A DNA stretch of 64,000 nucleotides from Octopus sinensis. Its lineage: Eukaryota. The stretch covers positions 94,488,001 through 94,552,000 of the forward strand of contig NC_042998.1 of assembly GCF_006345805.1 (NCBI RefSeq), given 5' to 3'. The notes beneath the pieces are model-generated. The model did not search any database. It was given only the letters and a program-made list of their open reading frames with translations, and had not been told where the DNA came from. Positions 53,036 through 64,000 of this stretch are shown one piece after another (the stretch's first letter is position 1; every line of letters starts with the position of its first letter). Both the position numbers and the translations under genes were made by a program.

Positions 53036-54119
53036 TCGTTGTTGTTGTTATGTGCAAATGTGGTTTTGTAATGAAAGTTTGCTTTGCAACCATGTCAGTT
53101 TGGATTTGATCCCATTGTGTGGCACCTGTACAAGTATCTTTTACTCTAGCCTCAGGCTGACCAATACCTTGTTGATGAAATTTGATGGTTAGAAACTGTA
53201 CACAAACCCATCTTATTTGTGTGTGTGTATACACACACACACATATATATATGCCATAGATAATGAACTGAAGAACTATTACTCAATATGAATGTAGAAT
53301 GCGGTAGTTTATTTAGGCCTGATCATTGGCCTGTTAACACTAGGATTTTCATGGTCTGCAGTCTGACTTATCTGAAGAAGTGGCTGCATGCCATGGAAAT
53401 TCCAGAGTAACAGGCTACTGGATCAGTCTAAATAAACTTTGTTTGTGTATCCCTGTGTCCCTGTGCTTTCATACTCATACTGCTTGAGAAGCAGTGAAAT
53501 TTGTTCATGTTCTCCTGGAAACAGTGTGCTCTGTGGCATGGCAATTTTGATGTGTGAAGATATCATTGCACATCCTTTTATCTTGTTGGTATGGGTCGAA
53601 TAGTTGACAGAATCCAACTAGCTTGAAAGCTGCATTAGTCTTTACTGTCTACACTCAGGCTTGTTGGATCTTATCGGACTGTCCAAGCCATGCCAACATG
53701 GTATTCAGACATTAGATGATGATGATGCTGATGATAGTTTTTACACGGGATGAAAATACCTTACTAGAAAAGCAAGTTTGGGTTGGTATCTGGCCAGAGA
53801 ATATTGCCCCAATAGGTCTCATCTAATCCAAGCCAATTTGAAAAGTGGATATAAAACAAAATGATGATGATGATGATTATAATATTCTATAAATGTTGGC
53901 TTTGTTCCTTGTCAAAATAACTCCTAATCATTACTGTTAGTATAATCTTTATTCTGTATTCTAAGTTCAAAGTGCAAATTCTGCCAGGTTTCAACTCATC
54001 TTTTATCTGGAGAATGTGCATAGGTGCTGTTAGCAAATTTAGAATTGGCACTGAGCTTGGTGTAGAAATTGGAAACTCTTTCTCTTATACTCACAGAAAT
54101 GGCTTTGATATTTGTATGG

Positions 54120-54300
54120 TAATAATGATTTTATACTAGCATGATGTTTAGCATTTATAAAGGAGTTGCGATTGTTGGCTATAATGTTCATGGGTTTCCA
54201 AAGGCATCAGTGATGTACGTAAAACAATTGTTGGCTAGGAATTGAAACCAATCACAACTCCATTTGACTGCAAACATATTGTTGCATCTCATTGTTAATT
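54120..54300 (-). mobile_element. Possible decayed Penelope-like RT fragment
   Basis: Minus frames give CLQSNGVVIGFNS*PTI and FINAKHHASIKS, resembling PLE RT motifs QxxGxxMGSxxxP and LNxxHPxIKFT. The spacing is too short and there is no YxDD. Confidence 0.25.
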
Positions 54301-57300
54301 GTGTGGAGAAAAAGATGGAAAATAGGATGATTGGGTCTTTATCAAGGATATTTTGGCCATATGTAATATACCGTCACACCAGACTGGTGGCTCAAGTTGT
54401 CAAGAATTCCTGCTTCTTCAATAAAAATAATATTAATATCTGATGTATGAATTATTCATTGCTCTGTGAAAATGATATTAAAAAACCTATATCCTAATTC
54501 ATAGCTCAGTTGTATAGCTGGTATATTGTAAATTGCCATGCTATCTTGTATGGTGGTTTGTGTTTGAGAGTGTGTGTATGAAAGTTTACTTAGTAATTAT
54601 GGAATAGAGTTGTGACATGTTAGATTACAAGCAATGTTTTGATTACAAACAAAGCATCCAATTGTTTGTTTGTTGTTTTTTTTAATCTTTTTAACAAATT
54701 TTTTTCTGGTTGTGTTCTTTTGAAATTACTTGAATTATATGAAACGATAAAGAATCCACATAAATTTTGGCCTCAGTTTTTAAAAAAAATATTTTTGAAA
54801 TGAATATGGATTATAGTTTAGAAAAACAAAATAGATAAGTATACTGCAAAAATAAGTTTAGAAACTTTATAATAGAAACATAGAACAAGATATTACTCTT
54901 TGGCTTCAAGGTGTTTCTGTGAGACTAAAATGCTACTAATAAACTTTGTAATGATTGAAAGTATTTTGGTGTAATAGCATTCAGTTTTCAAGCAAGATTT
55001 TCATTTTTATATCAATTACAATTTTAGATTTGCATTTGAAACTGGTTTCATGGCATTCACAGAGTTGTTAATCCTCAATCCTCTTTGTCTCTCCCATCTT
55101 CCACTCAGCAATATTTGAATGTTCATATCAATTATGAACACTATTCCAATCAGCATTCTATATTTCTGGGTTCTTTCTCCAAAAGGTTTACACAGAATAT
55201 TCCATTCATGTTTTTTTAACCTCTATTTTGAGGATAATATGATGATAATATATTAAAAAAATTTTTTTTAAAGAAATCTTGAAATGACTAGAATAGAATC
55301 CAGACTGTAGTTTGTGGAACTGCTAGTCACTACAGCATGCATTCTGTTCCACATTGACATGCAATTCACTTTACCATAACAATTTTCTCTCTGGTAGTTT
55401 TACTTCCACTGAAATTAATTTTAGCTACCCATTCACTAACTATTCCTATAACTCTTTTTGGTTTTAATTTTTCTTTTCATGTTTGTTTTCATATCACTAA
55501 GTTACTAAGACTAGTCTTTTGCTAACAGATGTGAATTGCGTAGAATGTCATTGAGTTTTTCTCTTTTTCATTTTAACATCCACTTTTCCATGCTTTCATA
55601 GGTAAAATAGAATTTGTTGAGTCAGATTTCTGTGGCTAGATGCCCTTCCAGCTGTCACCCTTCTTTGTATTTAGGTGAGGTGATAACATCCTTGTCTGTT
55701 GAACAGTATACAATTCTGTCATGCTTTTTTGGTGGACTGTAAGCAAATAGCAATATTAATGAAACCATTACTTACAATCAGAAAGCAGGTACAGAAAATA
55801 TAAGCACACTAACACAAAACCACATGCTTGCATGCACACATATTCAGAGCAAACTTTTGCTTTCCATCTACCATATTTACTCACAAGGTTCTTGTTAACC
55901 CGAAGGTATAGTGGAAGACACTTGCCCAAGAGGCTACCCTGTAGGACTGAACCTGAAACCACAAAGCTGAGAAGTGAACTTCTTAACCATACACCAGTGC
56001 CTGTGCCTATGCTTTCAGTATATTTTATTCCATTAGACTTTACGCGATGATATAGTGGATGACTTTCTTCTGTCATTAAGAAATATAAGTAAACAAGATT
56101 TTTTTTCCTAATCAAACACCATTATTACTTTAAATGAATTGTTCTGAAAGGAAGAAAGCTGGTTACTGTATGTATGTTCTGTAGGTATACATAACATATA
56201 CCAGCAGGGAAAACAAATGTTAGCATTGATGTATATCACTGTACTCTAATGCCCTTACCCAATTTGAAAATGCATGCTTATTTTTACAACTTGGAAGAGT
56301 TCTCCATTTTCCAGGGGATATTTTTTTGCAGGATCAAAAGTAACACTTTGGGTCTATTATTTTACAAACTCTATAATTCTCAACAGTCTTAGCCTGTTGA
56401 GCCAGTGTGGTCAGGTGTCCAAGTCAAAAGAGCGGGATTGGATTCTGCAGGCTAATTCTCTGTTTAACCCTTTGTCTTTTAAACCAACCATATCCAGCCT
56501 AAATATTCTACCTGTTTTATGTTCACTGGCTAGATCTGGCCTCTCATACCTACTCTACAATATCATTCTAAGAATATACAATCATATCATCAAAATTCTA
56601 AAGCTACAAGTTAATGCGTGATTAATTAAAAAATAATGTGAATAATTAAGCTTTACATTTGACAGAGTAATCTGAATAATAAAAGATTAGGAAAAAAAAA
56701 AGAACTACTACATGCAGGCAGGAAGAAAAATGCTGCAATATCAAGGATTGGTTTATACAGCCATGTTAGGGTGTCCCATGCTTCCTTGTGAATTCTGGAC
56801 ATGGAAAATCTGCCACCATGTTTCTGTTGGTAATGAGTTTGGAATATAGTGGAAATCTTTTTAAAAGACTGAGGAAAAGTATCGAGATGAAATTTTGATC
56901 TTGGGATAATCAAATATTAACAAGGTTTATTAATTGCTTTTTTTCTTCTTTTTAATTTAGTTTATTTATGATTTTAAACATCATTAATAAGAGTGATGTA
57001 TTGCTGGGAAAGCATTAGGTTATGAAACCATTTATTAACATTTATCTGGTACTAATAGGATTACACCTTAAGTGGAACTGAGAATTTGGACTCCTCTATT
57101 TTGAAAACAGTATCAAATTTTAGGCTTAATTAAATCATCTACTGTTTCATCCCCAGTAATTGAAAAAAAAAAATATACAAATAAAATTGCTGTTACTAAA
57201 CAATTGTTTCTTTTATCGTTTTTTTTTTTTCTTTTAATAAATGAAATATTTAGAGACTGAATTCCCTAAAAATCATCCAATTTGATTAAAATTTATTTTA

Positions 57301-57539
57301 AAACTGTTGTTTAGAAATTTTCATTATTATTATTATCATCATTATTATTATTTGTAAAGAGCTTAGTTTGGATACTGGCCAGGTCTGCTAGGTGTTTTCT
57401 ACAAGCTGGGCTCCATATTTTGATCAATAAGTTTCTTACAGTCCAGAGAGAGAGAGAGAGAATTTCACCTCCATTTTTGCTGTTTAAGGGAGTGTGTGTA
57501 CATGCGTATGCATGTGTGCTTTTTTTGTGCCTATGCTAG

Positions 57540-57680
57540 GGAAACACTATATCTAAGGTTTCCAAAGATATGGTGAAAGATAAATTGTCTATTGCAACAG
57601 AGATACACATGATTTGTGTGCTTTGCACACCAACCTGCTGTATGAGAGAATATTGTAGAATATATGTCAGAGATAGGGAG
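57540..57680 (+). CDS. Best candidate coding exon (141 nt, phase 0-0), product unknown
   Basis: Acceptor tgctttttttgtgcctatgctag, donor GAG|gtaagc. Only frame 0 is open: GNTISKVSKDMVKDKLSIATEIHMICVLCTPTCCMREYCRIYVRDRE. Confidence 0.3.
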
Positions 57681-60371
57681 GTAAGCTGAAGCAATAATAA
57701 TAATAGATAAAATAGACAGCTAAGGCTGGCAGGTTCCTTGTGAGCTGGCTCACTGCCAAGAATTCCTTCTCTTTTTCTCTTATAGCTGAAGTTTATGTTT
57801 ACTACAGTTTTTGTTCCAAGTATATTTCTTATATTGACTGACCAATTAGCTATAGCTGTGCTGCCCAGCTCACCATTTTGGAAGAATCCATTTCTTTGAA
57901 TTGTCATCTAATTCCAGCAAGTGATCTTTTTCTTTTTATTTCTAATTATTTATTTTTGTTTGGGTCTTTGAAGATTTCACATTTCCAGTAGTTCTTTGTA
58001 TCTTTTCTCACCTTAATTACTTTTTAATCTCTTCTACCATCCCCATCACTTTCTTAATCACTTTTAACATTAATCTTTCTTTTATCCAATATTCTCTATT
58101 TTAACTGCATGTTTTTGTTCCTCCTTCTCCTTGTTACTCTTTCTCTCTCTCTCTTTTGTTGAGCCTTTCTTCATCTGCGGCTTACTCCTTTCTAGTTACC
58201 TACAATCTATATTTGACTTCCAGCCAGTTTGTTGTATATTTATCACACAGTGAGTGTGTAGCTTCCTATTAAATGTATATTTGTGGTGGTGGTGGTGGTT
58301 GAGCTTCAGGTCAGCTCTCATTGAGCAAGCTTGTAATCAAAGACATTCCATTATGACCATCATTTCTTGTTTCATCCCAGCATAGTATGTTTCGGACTAC
58401 ATTATTCATATTAATTTTATTTTTCTCTCTTTTTGAACAGCTAGAATGTGATTTGAAGGAGATTTGGTTGTTATTTCTAAGCAGGTCAACACATAAAGGT
58501 TCCATCATTAGATCAGCTGTGGTTTGATGTCTAATAGAATTCAGATGAGACCTGTATGGATGTGTGCGTGCGCACGCGTGTGTGTGTGTGTTTAAAAGAA
58601 ATTTTCAGTAATCAATTTGCTCATTTTAGCTCTGTGTGTGTTCTCCCTGCTATCACTTGATAACTGGTATTGGTTTGTTTACATCCTTGCAACTTGGTTC
58701 AGCAAAAAAGATAAAATAAGTACTAGAGTAGGTTTTTTTTTTCTACTACACCCTTCAAGCCAGTATCCCAGCATGACCACAGTCCAATGATTGAGACAAG
58801 TGAAAGACATGTTAAAACTGTATAACATTATATTGAATGACTTAGTCACTAGTCTACCATCCAATAAGGATGGTTAGGATTTCAAGAGGTGATGGTGATG
58901 TGAGGTAGAGGAGGAAATTCCCCTAAAATATAGAACAGGCATTTTTTTTTTGTTTTGTTTTCATGCCTTGGCCATATTTATTTTGTCTTAGAGTATGATC
59001 TCAATATTATGGTACACATTTATTTGATGTCTTGACAAGTTGAATTTCTCTTTGATATATGGAAAAAAATTACAAAAAACATTAAAAAAAACCCTGAAAA
59101 CAAAAGAGGGAAAAAATTCTTTTTGTATTCTGCTAAAATATTATTGTAGAAAAATAGAGAAATATATAGATAGTAAGTGTTGACATCTATTTAAAGAAAC
59201 TGAAGAAGAGGGGGAAAAATGGAAATCATCGTGTGTGTGTGGAGGAACAGTAAATAAAATATAAATGTACAACATTGGAAGGGGATGGTTGAAAGTGAAA
59301 ATGAAAGTAAAAACTGTTTGACATGAAGTTTAAAAAATGTAATTGAACTGAGGGAAAATATATAAAGTATGAAGTACAAAATAATTTAAGTACTGCCATA
59401 TTTAGATGATAATAATAATGATAAACAAAAGCACTTTTTCTATATGTGGAAAAACACAAGATAACGACTAGCTTAATTGTTTCTTAGAATTGCAATGAAC
59501 AGGATCCATGTTTTCTTTTGTTGGTAATGGGAAATAAATCACCTTGTTTTATGTTATTTTTATATATTTTATAACATAAGTTGTGAAGAGTAACGTCATG
59601 GTTTATATTTTTTGTTAACAATCCTGGTACAGTTTCACTTCATTTCTCATTGCAAGTTTAACTTGGGAGTGTCTATGACTTGGTAAAATTTATTCAGAGA
59701 GTATTGGGTTTTTCACTAATGTTTATATCCTTCACAGATATACTGTGAAAAAGTATGACCTTAAGCTAATTTGCCCATAGTGTCGCACATTAGGATTGAA
59801 CTCAAAACTATGTAGTTGTGAAGTGAATGCCTTGACCACACAGTCATACCTGTGCATGTTCTTTAACTTTTATCTTTTATTTGTTTCAGTCATTGGACGG
59901 TGGCCATGCTGGGGCTTTGCCTCGAGGGGCTTAGTCAAATGACTTGACCCTAGTACATATATTTTAAAGTCTGGTATTCATTATGTTAGTTCTCTTTTGC
60001 TGAACCACTAAGTTACCCAGATGTAAACAGATCAACAGTTGCCAAGCAGTGGTGGGGACAAACACTATATATATATCCTGATGTGTGTACACATGCATGT
60101 AGATAGACAGACACACCATTAAACAAACGCAGGAAATGAGAAATTGTTTCTGCCTTAAATTTTGGTCTCCTGCTTAAAAAAAAAATAGGAAAAAGACTGT
60201 TTTTAGGCATTGGTCAAACATGAAACTTGGAATGTTGTAAGAACATTTTTCTGAATACCCAGAAAATGTATTAATCAATTACCTGAATATATTTAGTTCA
60301 CATCGACCATATAATTTGAGTCTTTTTGTTGTTTTTTTCATGAACTGATATCAGAAATTATTCATCTAGAG

Positions 60372-60482
60372 CTGTGATTCTCAACCATGTTTTGTCTATG
60401 GACCCCTTTGATTCCTGTTTTATTTAGATGGATCCTCATGACCAGTTGTTGTTGTTTAAAAATTCCTATTATTTTATTATCA

Positions 60483-60515
<33 letters not shown>

Positions 60516-60813
60516 GTGGCATGTAAAAACACCTAACACACTCTGTTAAGTGGTTAGCGTTAGGAAGGTCATCCAGCCGTAGACGCTATGCCACAGCAGA
60601 CAATGAGTCTGGGGAGTTTGCTAACCATCTCCATGTCAAACTGTCCAACCCATGCCAGCATGGAAAGCAGACATTAAACATTGACAATGATGATTATTAG
60701 GAATTGTATAAAATTTATACAAAAATATTTTGTGTATTGTAGAAATATAACCAGTTTATTGCACATAAATTTTAACAACAAAATTTTACATGGACCCCTG
60801 TTGAAAACCTCTG
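60372..60813. mobile_element. hAT-type MITE interrupted by an RTE tail
   Basis: Ends ctgtgattctcaac / gttgaaaacctctg. Flanks atctagag / ttctaaag (6/8 TSD). RTE tail inserted at about 60510-60695. A related copy lies at 50034-50228. Confidence 0.65.
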
Positions 60814-61146
60814 TTCTAAAGGGCGGAAAAATGTACATCGATAGTACTTTTTTGGGTGGGTGAGTCTGGCACTGGTATTCATTGTATTGAGTTCATGTAT
60901 AGGTATTTTATTGTGTAATTAATCACATTACGTTATAATCTTATTGAAGTATTTCCATAACTTTGAAAACCAATGCAAATAACATATTTTCTTTGTAGTG
61001 AACATGTTTTAGAAGTTTGGCATTTAGTAGATTAAAGTTTTAACTGAAAATGAAAGATTTCAGAAATAAATTATATTATTCCATTAAGGATTTATTATTA
61101 TCATCATCATCATCATCTTTCAATTCTGTTTCCATTTCTTGCCGAG

Positions 61147-61230
61147 TGTCTTCCTGACACTGAGGGCAGAGAAACGTACTGTATACATTGGTAGACAGTA
61201 CGTCTCTCTGCCCTAGGTGTCAGGAAGACA
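61147..61230. other. Near-perfect 84-nt hairpin (36-bp stem, 12-nt loop) next to a (CAT)n retro-tail
   Basis: 61147-61182 pairs with 61195-61230 with 3 substitutions. (cat)n tract at about 61101-61117. Confidence 0.9.
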
Positions 61231-61254
61231 AGCCGACAGGATTGTTACCATACC

Positions 61255-61860
61255 ATACAAAACAGCACTTTCTCTGGCTTTTTATGTTCTGAGTTCAAAT
61301 GCCGCTGTGGTTGACTTCACCTTTCTGGGTTTGTAAATTAAGTACCAGTCAAGTACTGGGGTGATATGATCGACTTTCTCCTCCTCCTCCAAAATATCAG
61401 GCCTTGTGCTTTTAGTAAAAAGGATTATTATTATTAAGGCAGCAAATTGATAGAATTGCTACTGTGCTGGACAAAACACCCAGCAGCATTTTTCTGACTC
61501 TTTACATTCTGAATTCAAATGCCTCCAAGGTTGACTTTGCCTTTCATCCCTTTGGGGGTCAATAAAATAAGTACCAGTTAAGCACTGCAGTCAATGTAAT
61601 CGACTTATCTCTCTCTCTACCCCATCTCCTTGCTTAAAATTGCTAGCCTCGTGTCAAAATTTGTATCCATTATTATGAAGGTGGCAAGGTTTCAGAATTG
61701 TTATAGTGCTGGAGAAAATGCGTAACAGCTTTTCTTCCCTCTTTACACACTGAGTTCAAATGCCACCAGGGGTGACTTAGCCTTTCATCCTTTCAGTTTT
61801 AAAGCACTGGGGATCTCCAATCGTCACAAAAAAATTGCTGGTACCAAATTTTGAAATCAT
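61255..61860 (+). mobile_element. Tandem cluster of three SINE family B copies
   Basis: Units start near 61255, 61436 and 61676, joined through (att)n tails. Confidence 0.75.
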
Positions 61861-62116
61861 TGTTCTTGTTGATATTAATCTACTTGACTCAAGATTGGTT
61901 TTATGTGGGTAGCAGGTTACTACCTGTAACCTTAGAATATCACAATCTTTTAATAATGCTCAAAACCCTTCTGATAATCTTGCCTGTTCCTAAGAGGCAA
62001 ACTTTCTGTAGAAGCTATACAAGACATTCCATTCCAATGTCTTTCAACCATTTGTCTATATCATTACTCACAGTTGCTGATGCACCAATTATTACAGGCA
62101 CATCTGTTACAGTTAT

Positions 62117-62117
<1 letters not shown>

Positions 62118-62162
<45 letters not shown>

Positions 62163-62471
62163 CATTATCATCTTCATCATCATTATTATTATTATCATCA
62201 TTATTATCACCATCATTATTATTATTATCATCATTATTATCATTATTATTATCATCATCATTATTATTATTATCATCATTATTATTATTATCATCATTAT
62301 TATTATCATCATCATTATTATTATTATCATCATTATTATTATCATCATCATCATTATTATCATCATCATTATTATTATTATCATCATCATTATCATCATC
62401 ATTATTATTATTATTATTATCATCATCATCATTACTATTATTATTATTATTATTATTATTACTATTATTAT
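62118..62471. repeat. ~350-bp compound (TAT)/(CAT) trinucleotide repeat
   Basis: Seen directly. Source of the poly-Y/H, poly-I, poly-N/D and poly-M/I ORFs. Confidence 0.97.
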
Positions 62472-62827
62472 TTATGATTTCAAATTTTGGCACATGACCA
62501 GCAATTTTGAGAGAAGGAGTAAATTGATTACATTGACCCTAGTGTTCTACTGGTATTTTATTGACCTTGAAAGAGATGAATGGCAAAGTCAATCTTGGTG
62601 GACTTGAAACACAGAAGAATGTGAAGATAAACAAAATGCTGCTAAGCATTTTGCCTGGCTTGCTAACCATTCTGCCAGCTTACCACCTTAATTAGTAATA
62701 ATAATAGTAATAATAATAATAATGATGATTAACCAGGCATTTCCCCCAGAGTATCTAACTGGAGATACACTATTTAAAAAGTGTAATATTAAGTAACAGT
62801 GACCACAATGGATACTAGTCAGTTTAA

Positions 62828-63047
62828 CCCTTTCGTTACTGTATTTATTTTGAGATGCTCTGTGTTTTCTTCAATTACTTCAAATATAACAAAGAATTTA
62901 GTAAAATAACTAAGTTATCATTAAGCTAGTGTTAGGAACATAAATTGTGACTAAGGTTTGGTGGAAGATTTTAATTCAAAACTTATGGAAGCAAGACATT
63001 CGTACTCAGAGCCAGAGCTGGTTTCAGCCGGGATGGCAACGAAAGGG
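62828..63047. mobile_element. piggyBac-type MITE, third family
   Basis: TIRs ccctttcgttac / gcaacgaaaggg (11/12 match). Flanks ttaa (62824-62827) and tcaa (63048-63051). Confidence 0.75.
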
Positions 63048-64000
63048 TCAATCTCTGCTTTTACTTCTCTACTATATTCAGCTTCCCTCCCTGCCTCTGT
63101 TCTTTTTTTTTTTTTTTCTTTGATCTTCTCAGACTCACTAAATAACTTTTCTGTAGTCATCTGTGTTCTAATTTTTTTAATTTTCTAAAGTTTCAAAACA
63201 ATTACTTTTATTTCATTCAAAAAGAAAATCTTGCAAACAATATGAGTTTAGCTTTCCCCCAGGAATAAAAACAAAGGTGTAATTCAAAAATACCACCAAT
63301 AAATAAATAAATAATAGGCTATAAATAAATAAATAAATGTATAAATAGACTTGTAATTCAGTTTAAATTTAAGTGTTCACAGCTTACAAATGAGAAAATC
63401 TCAAGTTTCGTATGAGAATGGTGACAAATTCTAAGAGATACATTTAACTAGAAACCCCTCTTGATCTCAGCTATGATGTTGAGTAAAAATAAGAATGTTT
63501 TAATTGTAAGGTTTCTCTGTAATCCCATATGCCTAAATAGCTTCTTGATAACTTCTCCGTTGGCTCATCTTAAGCTTCTCAAATAGAATTTACAATTATT
63601 ATACACTCTGATGGAAAAACCTGATACATAATCTCTCCCTCTCTTTCTCTTTTTTTTTGTTTTTATTTTTTTCTCCCTTTCCCTTTCCCTCTCTCATTTT
63701 CCTCAGGTTAGTTTATAAAGTGATATTATCAACAAAAGATGGAACAGTAATATATTTTTCCCAGGCCAATTTATAGCGGTTTATTTATATATTTTTTCAC
63801 AGTTAGATGGGGGGAGGGGGATAAAAAATAAATACAAAACGGAGCACTTTTTAAAGGTTAGAACTTAGATAGTTAAGTATTTTATAATAGCCAGTAAACA
63901 GCACATTTTAAAAAGTAGCTTTAAAAAAATTCTTTTGGTGATTGTTTTAAAAACATATTTGGATTGTATTTTGCTTCTATATTAATTCTGTGTCTGTCCA

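Noticed and set aside
54097-54118. 22-nt micro-exon ending ATG|gtaata
   Set aside because: It abuts the probable decayed Penelope RT fragment and contains an upstream out-of-frame ATG; kept only as a remote possibility.
57540-57680. Resemblance to the cyclin Y N-terminus (MGNT...DRE at the same length)
   Set aside because: Only the ends match; the intervening ~40 residues are unrelated, so no gene symbol was assigned.
61851-62607. Longest ORFs in the track (208, 177, 126, 122 aa)
   Set aside because: They are translations of the TAT/CAT microsatellite plus flanking SINE sequence.

Overview
AT-rich, repeat-dense eukaryotic DNA, most likely from an octopus/coleoid cephalopod. That assignment is inferred from the repeat families; no database search was run. 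Much of the window consists of: (1) two families of tRNA-derived SINEs; (2) 5'-truncated RTE-clade LINE ends with (GAT)n/(CAT)n tails; (3) TTAA-flanked piggyBac-type MITEs and hAT/Charlie-type MITEs with 8-bp TSDs; (4) Helitron/Helentron-type non-autonomous elements; (5) weak Penelope-like remnants; (6) long microsatellites. No complete or nameable protein-coding gene, true tRNA/rRNA gene or CRISPR array is supported. The long ORFs in the supplied track are microsatellite or repeat artefacts. The window reads as intronic or intergenic, with a few low-confidence candidate exons on both strands (best: 57540-57680, +). The features most worth checking are RNA-structure related: a minimal Penelope-type hammerhead-ribozyme-like motif (22975-23010), a near-perfect 84-nt hairpin (61147-61230), a 73-bp 90%-identical inverted repeat (50905-51186) and a MITE fold-back pair (24558-24925). 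The three fold-backs are candidate dsRNA/ADAR substrates. I found no convincing large new system. The SINE list is representative, not exhaustive, and repeat boundaries are approximate unless TSDs or TIRs are quoted.
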